From IMG/VR virus record IMGVR_UViG_3300028840_004599: 64,000 bases of DNA. One strand, given 5' to 3'. Made by a program: the position numbers and the translations under genes. Each line of letters opens with the position of its first letter. The first letter of the stretch is position 1. The stretch is from an uncultured virus (IMG/VR IMGVR_UViG_3300028840_004599). Lineage: Duplodnaviria > Heunggongvirae > Uroviricota > Caudoviricetes. Under the pieces are notes generated by a model. It saw only the letters and a program-made list of their open reading frames with translations. It did no database searches and was not told the DNA's origin. Positions 19,381-28,678 of this stretch are shown one piece after another.

Positions 19381-19458
19381 AACACCAAATTCAAAAGTGA
19401 TTATGAAAACCACACAAAGGGGACCATGGTAATATCTACCACCCTCACGAAATCGTAC

Positions 19459-19478
19459 ACTGTCCGAAAATCGTACAC
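19459..19478. promoter_or_regulatory. Quasi-palindromic site TGT(A/C)CGA-N3-TCGTACA, also at 26306-26325 and inverted at 28830-28849
   Basis: Three 20-bp copies differing by 1-2 nt. Confidence 0.75.
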
Positions 19479-19492
19479 ACATGTGTAATCCA

Positions 19493-19771
19493 TTACCCAT
19501 TTGCAATCTCTACCATATCCTCAACATCCATACCCAGAACCGGTATGGAATACATATCTATATAGGCATCAAAAGCTGTTTTAGCAGCTAGGGCATCAGG
19601 GAGAGTATAATACTCTACCCTCCCCGATTCCCACACAATCAGCACCCTGTTATTTTCCCACTCAACATTTCGTATTTCACCAACTAGTTCAAATCCACAT
19701 TCGAAAATCATATCCCCTTCCTGTATACCGCTTCTATATTCCTTGTAACTGCGCCTATTTGCTTTCTCCAT
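19493..19771 (-). CDS. Hypothetical protein
   Basis: AGGAG SD, coupled to RHH gene. Confidence 0.6.
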   Translation of the reverse strand: MEKANRRSYKEYRSGIQEGDMIFECGFELVGEIRNVEWENNRVLIVWESGRVEYYTLPDALAAKTAFDAYIDMYSIPVLGMDVEDMVEIANG

Positions 19772-19961
19772 AGACCTTTTCCATCTCCTTTTGTTTTTTC
19801 CATGCAGCCTCTTCCAAGTTTTGTTTGTACTCGATCAGGGCTTTCCTCACCACGCCAGCACAAGAGCTCTTATCTTTAGCTGCTTGTGTGGTGATAAACT
19901 CGCGTAACTCCCGATCCAAACTAATACCCATACGTAGAGACACCCGTGTATTAGTTGACAT
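19755..19961 (-). CDS. Ribbon-helix-helix (CopG/Arc) regulator
   Basis: RMGISLDRELREFITTQAAKDKSSCAGVVRKALIEY; GAGGAGGT SD before ATG 19961. Confidence 0.75.
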   Translation of the reverse strand: MSTNTRVSLRMGISLDRELREFITTQAAKDKSSCAGVVRKALIEYKQNLEEAAWKKQKEMEKVYGESK

Positions 19962-20011
19962 GTTTACCACCTCCTCACTTTTTATTATATACACCATGTT
20001 ATAAAAAGTTG

Positions 20012-20040
20012 TATATATGGTGGTATTGTGTGTATGTCAA
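20012..20040 (-). promoter_or_regulatory. Sigma-70-type promoter for the RHH gene
   Basis: TTGACA-N17-TATATA on minus strand. Confidence 0.7.
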
Positions 20041-20087
20041 GAGCTTTTTATGTTATTTTGGGAAAGGAGCAGGTTGCCCCTTCTTCG

Positions 20088-20552
20088 TTATTGTTCATCT
20101 TCATCAAAATTCATTTCCTTGATCGCTTCCAATAAATCAGATTTGTAAAACAGCATTGCATCGTCAAATCCCTCGTTCATCAATTGCAAACCAACATATC
20201 GGTATTTTCGTAAAGTGGGTTCGCAACCGTCAGGGAAATCAGTTATGGGAAACGGGATTGACGACTCGAAATCCAGGTTAATCAGATCATCGAAAAATTT
20301 TATGGATGATCTGACAACTGGGAGGGTTTTTATATATTCTCTGATTTCAGTTTTGTTTTTACCTGGTAGTGACGATGTCGGATACCAGTAAAATCCATCA
20401 GAGTCAACTCCCGCAATCCCTCCCTGAGTTTGACATTCCAAAGCATCTCCGCAATCCTCTTTTGCCAGAAACTTGACAAACGATTCCGCATTTGATCCGT
20501 CCTCTGGATTCCCCGCATTGACAATCTCTATTAGTTCTTGTTTCGTTTTCAT
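20088..20552 (-). CDS. Hypothetical protein
   Basis: GGAGG SD. Confidence 0.65.
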   Translation of the reverse strand: MKTKQELIEIVNAGNPEDGSNAESFVKFLAKEDCGDALECQTQGGIAGVDSDGFYWYPTSSLPGKNKTEIREYIKTLPVVRSSIKFFDDLINLDFESSIPFPITDFPDGCEPTLRKYRYVGLQLMNEGFDDAMLFYKSDLLEAIKEMNFDEDEQ

Positions 20553-20625
20553 ATTAAGCCTCCCGCGCTAATCTCTGACCTGGCAACCCAGGGCAGGGAA
20601 AGGGGCAGGAAGCCCCTTGTTGTTT

Positions 20626-20958
20626 TTACTCCTCCCTATTCAGGTGCGAGAGGTAAATATCCAGTTCCCCAAGTAGGAACTCGATATTGTACGACCCACC
20701 CCTGGTTACAATTGCTTGCCGGATGCAAAATCCGACAGGCACTTTCTTTTCTGGAATATATTTATATGTAGAGATTTCCCCAAATCCCCACAAATATGGA
20801 AGGAGAACCCACGAACGTCGTGGGTTTGACCCAAGATACCTGTGGTAGAGCCACTTAGGCAACACCTCAGGTATCTGGTACGCTCTTGCACCATCCTTTG
20901 GCACTCTGTAATGTCTGGGAAATTCATCCCAATTTTTGTGATAAAACAGAGTTTTCAT
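20626..20958 (-). CDS. Hypothetical protein
   Basis: Coupled ORF with SD. Confidence 0.6.
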   Translation of the reverse strand: MKTLFYHKNWDEFPRHYRVPKDGARAYQIPEVLPKWLYHRYLGSNPRRSWVLLPYLWGFGEISTYKYIPEKKVPVGFCIRQAIVTRGGSYNIEFLLGELDIYLSHLNREE

Positions 20959-21341
20959 TTTCCTCTCCTTTCACATAAATCTACAACCCAGCTGTCGTAA
21001 TCCTCATAGGTTTTTTGTTCTATTTCTTTGATCGTTGCTATTACGGTATCCCTATATTTTTCATGGGGAGCCGTGTCTGCCATCATCCAAGCATCCGTGA
21101 ATTCGTCGCAAAAAATAACCTCTATTGCCCCTGTATCACCAAGATTTATGACAACATCAGCCGATGGGTATGTTTTCTGTAGATTGTCATTCAAAACCTC
21201 ACAATACGTGGCAGATGATTTTCCTTGATCTGTTTTATCTAAGTCGCCTGGCATCCAGTAATGATAAAGCGAGTCTTCGTCAACGTCAATTGTAATACTC
21301 TCTATCATAGGATTACCATTTTTGTCTGTTTTTATTTTCAT
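20955..21341 (-). CDS. Acidic hypothetical protein
   Basis: Coupled ORF with SD. Confidence 0.65.
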   Translation of the reverse strand: MKIKTDKNGNPMIESITIDVDEDSLYHYWMPGDLDKTDQGKSSATYCEVLNDNLQKTYPSADVVINLGDTGAIEVIFCDEFTDAWMMADTAPHEKYRDTVIATIKEIEQKTYEDYDSWVVDLCERRGK

Positions 21342-21826
21342 TTCCCTTCTCCTTTCGATTTTTCAAATATTGTAATCATCTCCTGTAATTGTCTGATTTG
21401 AGACGTAAAACTACGCCTGTCCGAACCTGTGTAATAATTCCTTTTTCCTGTGGGGTCTTTTTTTGCCAGAAGATTTTTAAAATGTTGTAGTTTAGATTTT
21501 ACCTTCTCGATGCCTCCAAGAGATTCAATCCTTTCCAGTTGTCCATCTTTCCATTGTTTAACCTGATCTGATTCCTGTTTGCGAGTAGAAAGGCGAACAG
21601 ATTTCCGGTATTGCGGATCATCAATTATTTTTTTTGTGATGCTTACCATATCCTTGTAAGGTGTATCTGGATAACTGGCAACCGCACCCGCATAAACCTG
21701 ATGATGGTCGGAAAACCGGAACTCAAATTCGTCAAGAATCCGCACATAATATGATCCCGTTCCCGCTCGATGCACTTGCCCCTTGAACCTTTCGGCAAAT
21801 TGTTTTGATTTTTGTTTTGCGTTCAA
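21338..21826 (-). CDS. Hypothetical protein with RFSDH motif
   Basis: GGAGG SD before TTG 21826; GSYYV..FRFSDH. Confidence 0.65.
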   Translation of the reverse strand: MNAKQKSKQFAERFKGQVHRAGTGSYYVRILDEFEFRFSDHHQVYAGAVASYPDTPYKDMVSITKKIIDDPQYRKSVRLSTRKQESDQVKQWKDGQLERIESLGGIEKVKSKLQHFKNLLAKKDPTGKRNYYTGSDRRSFTSQIRQLQEMITIFEKSKGEGK

Positions 21827-21874
21827 CTTTTTTCCTCCTATCCAAAGTGATTGTGAAAACAACACAAAGACACC

Positions 21875-22270
21875 TTATCGTTTTGCATAAAGCCTCTTTG
21901 TCTCCTTCCTTGTTTCTCTCCTTGCCTCCCTTCTCTCCCTCTCCTTTTTCTTCTTTTCTCCTTTCCTCCACTCTTCCCAGGGTGTTTTCCTGTATAGCTC
22001 CTTCGTTCCTTCCCAGGGAAACTCCAAGCGGTATTCCTCTCCTCTCTGTGGACCTACTATTCCTATTTTCTGTTCGATCATACGCTTGCAGGGGATACAC
22101 GTCCACGTCGCATACACAGCTCCATTCCGGATTGTTACTTTTATGTCAATCTCACGTCCACAGACATTACATGTTACTGTATACCCGTCAATAGTAAAAG
22201 CTGTCAAGGCATCCTTCCTTTCTATTTCGTGCTTCTTTTTTTTAGCAACACCCGGGAGAACGAAGTGCAT
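21875..22270 (-). CDS. Zinc-ribbon protein with charged tail
   Basis: CNVC, CIPC; start uncertain. Confidence 0.5.
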   Translation of the reverse strand: MHFVLPGVAKKKKHEIERKDALTAFTIDGYTVTCNVCGREIDIKVTIRNGAVYATWTCIPCKRMIEQKIGIVGPQRGEEYRLEFPWEGTKELYRKTPWEEWRKGEKKKKERERREARRETRKETKRLYAKR

Positions 22271-22572
22271 CCTATGATGTTTTTCTCTTCATCCCTTACA
22301 GGATTCGGTATCAGAAAATCCCGTCTATCCGGATATGATTGAGCTATGAGGGAGCTCACAATGTAAAACACCCCATGTTTCCTGGAAGGTAATCCCGCGC
22401 AATTAGTGTACGTGTTATCATATATCGGGATAGTATTCCTTCCCAGTTCCACATAACCGGATTTAAATCCTTCACGTTTGAGTCTTGGTGGGTGTTTACA
22501 AGCTGGCAAGATGATATTACACCCGTTTCTAATGATCCTGACCTTGTGTGGTGTTAAGTTAATCAGTTCCAT
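22222..22572 (-). CDS. Conserved viral protein of the NLTPH family
   Basis: INLTPH..GLP..YIVS..RD..IIGC. Confidence 0.75.
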   Translation of the reverse strand: MELINLTPHKVRIIRNGCNIILPACKHPPRLKREGFKSGYVELGRNTIPIYDNTYTNCAGLPSRKHGVFYIVSSLIAQSYPDRRDFLIPNPVRDEEKNIIGCTSFSRVLLKKRSTK

Positions 22573-23320
22573 TGTTCTCCCCTCTCTTGATATGTTCCAT
22601 CACACCATATTCAATGGCTTCCCGGATAGTACGTTCCATATATTCACGATCATAGAAGCCAGAACAGACATCGTAAAAGAGCTGGGTGTGGTGTCGCTGA
22701 TAATGCTCCCTCTCCTCGATATAATACTCATCCTCATCCGTTTTTGCCTCGTATGCCTCGATGCAATACCCATACACTTCCCCATTAAAGTACTTGGTGT
22801 ATCTGTCACAAGCTTCCCTTGCCATATTCCTGTATGCATCCACAACCGCGACTTCGCCAAGACCCAGCTTTCTCCTGTTTTGCGTTTCCACGGTTTCGAT
22901 ACAGATTTCATCAGGTATCCATACTCCGGCAGCGTCGCAAAAGTCACCATCTAGTGGATTAGTCTGATCTCCTGATACACTCCAGGAACACCCAGAATGC
23001 TCGTAGTAATCAAGCAGCACACATCTACGCAGCTTCCCATCACACAGGTCTTCCACGTTATCCGGGTGTATGTAATTGGTATGGCGTTTGTTAAACGAGT
23101 ATATTTTACCCTCTCCATCAAACTCCTCTTGTGGGTTTTCGATACATTCACCTTGTACGATTTCTGTAAAAACAATAATATTCGTGGAATTGCCCAGTTC
23201 TAGGATGTTGATTTCTGACTCACCCGCCTCACCCGGAATATCCAAAGCTTTTATAGCTTCCTCAATTTCGTTTTCTGTTTTCTCTGTTTTCTCTGTTTTC
23301 TCTATTTTCTCTATTTTCAT
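22559..23320 (-). CDS. Conserved phage hypothetical protein
   Basis: YEHSG, Y.NGEVYGY, CSGFY; N-terminal EK(I/T) repeats. Confidence 0.7.
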   Translation of the reverse strand: MKIEKIEKTEKTEKTENEIEEAIKALDIPGEAGESEINILELGNSTNIIVFTEIVQGECIENPQEEFDGEGKIYSFNKRHTNYIHPDNVEDLCDGKLRRCVLLDYYEHSGCSWSVSGDQTNPLDGDFCDAAGVWIPDEICIETVETQNRRKLGLGEVAVVDAYRNMAREACDRYTKYFNGEVYGYCIEAYEAKTDEDEYYIEEREHYQRHHTQLFYDVCSGFYDREYMERTIREAIEYGVMEHIKRGENNGTD

Positions 23321-23402
23321 GGTACTTCTCCTCTCGTTCCTATTTCGTTTATTTCGTTACATCTCTAACTCTGAGTGATTGCCAGACACACACAAAGTTG
23401 CT

Positions 23403-25124
23403 TTATCCCTCTATCTTTTCATAGCTGTATGTATTTGTATCCTCGTCATAATGAAACCGTACCTGATCCAACATTATCACGTCCGGAATGTCTGATCCTG
23501 GAAGCTCCTCTTCCCTGTGCTCAATGCCCAAGTCCTCCAATACCGTTATAAGGGTAACGATGTTGGCATAAGGGGAAACTTCCCCACCCTCATAAATTAC
23601 GTGTGTTTGGATAACTCCAAGCAGTTTATTGCATACACTCCACGGGATTTCCGTTACTCTATCCCATTCACTAGTTGTAATGATTCCCTCCAGGTTCTCA
23701 TACAGCTCGTTTTGTGCCTTGTTGTTGTATGTGTTTCTCCCGATTGAGAAAGGCATACACAGGGAGATAGTATCGCCTTTTTTGTATCGCGGATCCTTAC
23801 TAACAATAACGGGTTTTCTTCGATGCCATACATGCAGGTAGGCGGTCGCATTTTTATCATCGTCATCAATACCTGCCATATCAAGCGCGTTCTCCAATCT
23901 ATGCAGATGGAACGCCAAGAAGGGTTCATTCCAGTCTGTGGGAGTCAGTATGCCGGTATGCAGGTTAAATTGGCATTCCACAGGCATATTAAATGTAATA
24001 TTCTCATCCTCATATTTTGCCAAGAATCTGCTGTTGCCCTCGTTATTTTCATAATCACGAACAAAGGTGATGTAATCGAACACCCCCTTTCCTCTTTTAA
24101 TGATATCCCGTAATTGTTGAACCGGGATTCCCAGCGTATAGCTGAAACGTGGGGGCAATACCATTTTGTAATTCGGGTATTCCTCATTGTTTTGCGCGAT
24201 TTGTATCCTGTACCCGTACGGGATTATTTCGAGTATTCGTCTATTGAGATGCTCCCAAACAAAGAAGCTCGTATAGTTATGTATGCGCGCTTTTATGAGA
24301 GTACATCGTGTAGATTTAGGCTTCAAAACAGATTGAACGAATTTAAGAACCTGCCAGGGAATCAGTTCATCCGTGTGCAAGTTACCCACTGTATCAGGTT
24401 TTAACGTGTCTACCGGGTAATTCTCCAAATGTGAGCTAGTTCCGCCACGGCTGTATTCGTACAGATTCACCCCGTCACAAGCTGCAAAGACCTGCCCATG
24501 TTCCTCAATCCTCACAACTGCATTCCTTACTATGGTTCTTCTTTCGGTTTTGTTTATGGGAATGAGGAGCTTTTTAAAAAGTGATCTAGTTTCCCTCACA
24601 AACAGGGAAAAGCTGGTTGAGTCAATCGGTCTGTTGCTATTCGCCAAGCGATAATCCTCATCTTCACCAACAAGCGCGGGAGTTAAACCGGTTTTCGTGT
24701 AGAATCCCTCAGAACCAATATAGACAGATTCCCCTTTTAAAACCCCTTCAGCACCCTCTTTCAACAGCCTGCTCATTCCTCTGAGTTCATCAGGTGGGAT
24801 TACAAAGGCAAATTCCTTGTATAGGTGGGTTTCTCCAATACATGTTGTAATATTTACATCCGGAATACGGTTTTGTTTCCGGGTAAGGGTGAGGAAAACG
24901 CTTCCTTGTGGCTTCGAGTAGATAATACCGCCAAGCGCAGCCTCCTTTTCCGCCAACATGTAACTGGTAAGGAGTTTTTTAGTGTGCTGAGCTCCTTCTT
25001 TAGATACTGTAAAAATCTGTCCTTGTGTGGTTTCCTGTTTTATTTCTTGTTCCTGTTTTTGTTCCTGTTTTTGTTCCTGTTTTTGTTCCTGTTTTTGTTC
25101 CTGTTTCATTTCTTGTGTTTCCAT
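23403..25124 (-). CDS. Divergent DNA polymerase III beta sliding clamp homologue with extensions
   Basis: AACDGVNL (ATDGHRL), LIPWQVL (IIPRK.L), YPNYKMVLP (FPDY.RVIP), LAFHLHRLENAL (IGFN..YL.DAL), SLCMP (L.MP) in DnaN order. Confidence 0.7.
   Translation of the reverse strand: METQEMKQEQKQEQKQEQKQEQKQEQEIKQETTQGQIFTVSKEGAQHTKKLLTSYMLAEKEAALGGIIYSKPQGSVFLTLTRKQNRIPDVNITTCIGETHLYKEFAFVIPPDELRGMSRLLKEGAEGVLKGESVYIGSEGFYTKTGLTPALVGEDEDYRLANSNRPIDSTSFSLFVRETRSLFKKLLIPINKTERRTIVRNAVVRIEEHGQVFAACDGVNLYEYSRGGTSSHLENYPVDTLKPDTVGNLHTDELIPWQVLKFVQSVLKPKSTRCTLIKARIHNYTSFFVWEHLNRRILEIIPYGYRIQIAQNNEEYPNYKMVLPPRFSYTLGIPVQQLRDIIKRGKGVFDYITFVRDYENNEGNSRFLAKYEDENITFNMPVECQFNLHTGILTPTDWNEPFLAFHLHRLENALDMAGIDDDDKNATAYLHVWHRRKPVIVSKDPRYKKGDTISLCMPFSIGRNTYNNKAQNELYENLEGIITTSEWDRVTEIPWSVCNKLLGVIQTHVIYEGGEVSPYANIVTLITVLEDLGIEHREEELPGSDIPDVIMLDQVRFHYDEDTNTYSYEKIEG
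25046..25106. repeat. 12-bp tandem repeat encoding (QEQK)n
   Basis: TTCCTGTTTTTG repeated about five times. Confidence 0.9.
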
Positions 25125-25352
25125 AATAATTCTCCCTTCAATTTTTTAAATTTTTAAATACAAAAGTGATTGCAATATACCCACAAAAGTACACATACAT
25201 ACAGCACTGTCACACTGTGCCACATTGACACAGCATCAATTATGTGTCAATTTGCACCATTTAGGATATGGGGTTTCTAAGAACGCTATAGATTCGTGTA
25301 TCCCTTGGTTTCCTTAAAGAGAAATCTCCATAGCTTTCAATGTGGTTTAGGC

Positions 25353-25384
25353 AAAAAAAGAAAAAGGGGAGTGTTGAACTCCCC
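25353..25384 (-). terminator. Intrinsic terminator
   Basis: GGGGAGT/ACTCCCC hairpin followed on minus strand by long T tract, just after the 25390 stop. Confidence 0.8.
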
Positions 25385-25389
25385 ATATA

Positions 25390-26208
25390 TCAATAACCTT
25401 CACGTTCTTTTTCTATGAGATATTGAGCTTGGTCCCGAAAAAGACTCTCCCATATTTCCAAAAGCAAATCTTCATCAGAACCAGACAGGATCACTTGTGC
25501 GCCATCAGACCAGTTTAAGAACCAGTATTCAACGAGATGAACGGAACAATCCGGATTTACATAAAACCGGAATTCGTCACCCGGACCGCCAGTTGACAAT
25601 TGCCAACGGAAATATCCTTCTCTCTGGTCTGTGAAGGTTCCTGGGGAAACATAATCAAAACAGAGACCGTACTCATTGATATTTCCAAGGTCTTCCTTGA
25701 TAGCTTCGAAGATGGTGTCTTTAAGGTCTTCCAAGTCAGGATTGTATTCAAGAATCTGTTGTTTTTCTTCTTCTGTGTCACAAGAAAGGATTTCCTGTTC
25801 CTTGTATTTTTCTTGATATTCCTGCAGCTCCTTTTCTGACAATTCCCCTTCCAAGGTGTCAACATCGTCTGTTTCCACTGCCCACATAAGCCGCAAATCG
25901 TGAATTGTCCTGTCAAGTTCATCTTGAACGATATCCGCGCATTTTATTTGTTGTTTGTCAGTTACAAGGGGAAGCTGTGAAGATATGAACTCCATCCAAT
26001 CTTCTGTGCTGCAAAGGAAACACTCTTTGGGGTGTGTGTAGTTGAAATCTTTCCAAATCAGTACTTTACCTCGGTTTTCCCCATGAAGATTTTTTCCGTA
26101 AAATACATCTCCTGTAATCCCCGCAACAAATTTCAAAGTCTGTACATTCTTTAAAAATGTACCCTTTTCACCAAAACTCTTGATTTCCTCTTCACTTAGT
26201 TTTTTCAT
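25390..26208 (-). CDS. Conserved phage hypothetical protein
   Basis: YFRWQLSTGGPGDEFRF motif; strong SD. Confidence 0.75.
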   Translation of the reverse strand: MKKLSEEEIKSFGEKGTFLKNVQTLKFVAGITGDVFYGKNLHGENRGKVLIWKDFNYTHPKECFLCSTEDWMEFISSQLPLVTDKQQIKCADIVQDELDRTIHDLRLMWAVETDDVDTLEGELSEKELQEYQEKYKEQEILSCDTEEEKQQILEYNPDLEDLKDTIFEAIKEDLGNINEYGLCFDYVSPGTFTDQREGYFRWQLSTGGPGDEFRFYVNPDCSVHLVEYWFLNWSDGAQVILSGSDEDLLLEIWESLFRDQAQYLIEKEREGY

Positions 26209-26350
26209 TTTTAACTCTCCTTTTTTTAAATTTTAAATTCAAAAGTGATTGTGAAATAAACACAAACACACAATTACACACACACAAATAAACTGCTTCC
26301 CAAGCACTGTACGAAAATCGTACACATGTCAGGGGCAGGAAGCCCCCCCC

Positions 26351-26611
26351 TTACCCAAAATAGATTTCCACCAGACGGTCAGTTTCTTCCTCATCTGCCA
26401 CATCGTCGTTTTTGTGCAAATACGCGAATTGGGATGCTTCCTCTTCACATATTGGGCGTACATCCCAGTCTCCAAATCTCTCTCTGTTTCGGGTCAAAAC
26501 GTAATATTTGCCCTCATATAGATAGAGGGTTTCCATGTAGGGGCTTACGGGATCATCGCTGCCCACAAACCCACAAATCTCGTGACCGTCGTCGATTAAT
26601 TTAGTTTTCAT
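26351..26611 (-). CDS. Acidic hypothetical protein
   Basis: AGGAGATATTAAAAATG leader. Confidence 0.65.
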   Translation of the reverse strand: MKTKLIDDGHEICGFVGSDDPVSPYMETLYLYEGKYYVLTRNRERFGDWDVRPICEEEASQFAYLHKNDDVADEEETDRLVEIYFG

Positions 26612-26780
26612 TTTTAATATCTCCTTTTTTTAAATTTTTAAATATAAAATTGTGTGGAAACAACGAAAGCATTTGTTCTTGTGTTTCATACATTTTTAAC
26701 AATCTCCCTTCTTTATTTTTATATTTGGTTACACTTTGGAACCAAACATCAAAAAGAAAAAGGGAGCTATCCCTTATTCG

Positions 26781-26954
26781 CTAATAAAACAAAACAAGCT
26801 CCCTGGAATTGTCAAGGTTGACATGACGCTCCCCTTTTCGGATTGCGTCTAAGATGCCCTCTTTGTGATCCTCAAACACCTCGCGGAAAATACACGGGAT
26901 GAGGGTTTTTTCGCCCTTAAACCGTTTATAGATTTCGCACAGTCTAACACTCAT
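26781..26954 (-). CDS. Small hypothetical protein (57 aa, not in ORF track)
   Basis: GGAGG SD; MSVRLCEIYKRFKGEKTLIP...RELVLFY. Confidence 0.55.
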   Translation of the reverse strand: MSVRLCEIYKRFKGEKTLIPCIFREVFEDHKEGILDAIRKGERHVNLDNSRELVLFY

Positions 26955-26987
26955 GTTTATTTCCTCCCTTCGTTATCTCGCTTTAAC

Positions 26988-27689
26988 TTATGCATATCCT
27001 ATACCAAAGCATCTTTTTAGATAATTTTCCACTTCCCCGGCTATTCGGCTTTTCCAGTTTTGCCACATATCCCCATCGATGTAAAGCAGCTCAACAAATG
27101 TGCGTATTCGCCTTTGGTACAACACAGACAAAAGAAATTGTGTGGAAACAACTTGTTTCTTGATGCATCGTTTGAGATAACGCCTTAAACGTCCTTTTTC
27201 CCCTTTATCCAGGGGAATCTCATAATAATATGATTCCATCTCCTCTTCTTTTTCGCCTTGAGGAAATTTGTCATACTGTTTGATGACATTACAATATTGC
27301 TTGATCAGGGTTTTGATCTCGTCTTTTTCCCTGTCGTTTTTTCGTGGGTTTAAAACGTTTCCTTCCCGGTCAATCCTTATTCCATCGTAAAAGATTGATT
27401 CCGGTCCGGTTTTGTTTCCGTTCTTGTTCCATACATACCAGATTCCCTGTTTTTGTTGGATTATTACCCGAGTTTGAAATCTGTTGATCCTATCCTTGGT
27501 TGTGGGTGTGTACCAGTCTCCAGTATTCAATGTCATAATACCGGTTTTCTTATTGACGGAAATGACATCCGTTTCATGGAGACGAATACACTCCTTTCTT
27601 AGCGTTTTATACCAAATGGTATTATTCGCCACAAATTTGGATTTAATGGGGTTTAATTCCCCTAAGATTTCGCTTTTTCGTTTTTTCAT
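26988..27689 (-). CDS. Conserved phage hypothetical protein
   Basis: LHETDV..LNTGDWYTPTTKDRIN; start moved to 27689 by shared leader. Confidence 0.7.
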   Translation of the reverse strand: MKKRKSEILGELNPIKSKFVANNTIWYKTLRKECIRLHETDVISVNKKTGIMTLNTGDWYTPTTKDRINRFQTRVIIQQKQGIWYVWNKNGNKTGPESIFYDGIRIDREGNVLNPRKNDREKDEIKTLIKQYCNVIKQYDKFPQGEKEEEMESYYYEIPLDKGEKGRLRRYLKRCIKKQVVSTQFLLSVLYQRRIRTFVELLYIDGDMWQNWKSRIAGEVENYLKRCFGIGYA

Positions 27690-27768
27690 TTTTAATATCT
27701 CCTTTCGTTTTTTAAATTTTAAATTCAAAAGTGATTGTGATAGTAGCACAAAGGCATACTCAACAAGC

Positions 27769-28092
27769 TCACTCATCGCTAATTGAAACGGCATCTAAAA
27801 ATTTATCCCAAGCATCATCGCCATAGCAATCGATTGCCATAGCAATGAACTCATAACGCGTATCGCCGATGTCGTCGTCAAAATCGTCAATATCGTTAAT
27901 AGTATCTACCAGGACGTCATCCGCATCGCCATAACCCGAAAACCCCTGGGTTTTGGCGTTGCATGTATCATCAGCCCGATGCCAGTAAACATCGCAACCG
28001 TAACCGGTATCACCTCGTTTGTGGTCAAACCAGTCCCAAATAGCACCGAAATACTGAGACAGTAGCTCGATGGTTTTGTTTTTTTTATTCAT
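27769..28092 (-). CDS. Acidic hypothetical protein
   Basis: GAGGAG SD before MNKKNK. Confidence 0.6.
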   Translation of the reverse strand: MNKKNKTIELLSQYFGAIWDWFDHKRGDTGYGCDVYWHRADDTCNAKTQGFSGYGDADDVLVDTINDIDDFDDDIGDTRYEFIAMAIDCYGDDAWDKFLDAVSISDE

Positions 28093-28145
28093 GATAAATC
28101 TCCTCGTGATATAATTCTGCATTTCTTTACTGAATCTCTACAATC

Positions 28146-28364
28146 CTAGTAAACCATAACCTTGAGATCAGGTGTGATGCCGGTCCTTGTACCATTGGGC
28201 AAGATTGCATCATCCGTGATCCCTAACTCCCCACTGCAATCACAATCCATAGACCCACACAGTGTGAGTTTCAACTTCTTCGCTTGTCCAGGCGATATGG
28301 TATTCCCCCGAACCATAATTGTGCATTTTGATTTGTGATACCGGTTTTCAAACGTTACTTTCAT
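28146..28364 (-). CDS. Hypothetical protein, first gene of leftward block
   Basis: Shared leader; LCGSMDCDCSG. Confidence 0.65.
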   Translation of the reverse strand: MKVTFENRYHKSKCTIMVRGNTISPGQAKKLKLTLCGSMDCDCSGELGITDDAILPNGTRTGITPDLKVMVY

Positions 28365-28678
28365 TTTTAATATCTCCTCTCATCTATTTAATTTGACCAA
28401 AACAACACAATAACAATCACACAACGCACCACACTTGTCAAGCTCTGGATACGTTTTTTTTCATTTATTTGTACGTTTACATCACGTACATACAAGATAT
28501 TGTACACACTGGTTATGTATGTACTATATGTACTGTATGTGGATAAAATAAATACATGCACAAGACAAGGTAATTCAACATTGTGTGTGTTTCATGCATG
28601 ATTGCACAGTGTGATATTTTAACTATGCGAGGAATTATACAAACTTATTAAGACTTGCCTTTAGTTGTAGTTTGGCTT

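Larger units (their letters stand above)
19392..27753 (-). repeat. Dispersed leader motif (plus strand AAGTGATTGTG-N7-CACAAA), six copies
   Basis: Copies at 19392, 21843, 23374, 25161, 26240, 27726. Confidence 0.85.

Noticed and set aside
21843..27753. Leader motif as CRP, Rex or sigma-54 site
   Set aside because: TTGTG-CACAA spacer is 7 not 8, and GG-N10-GC is absent
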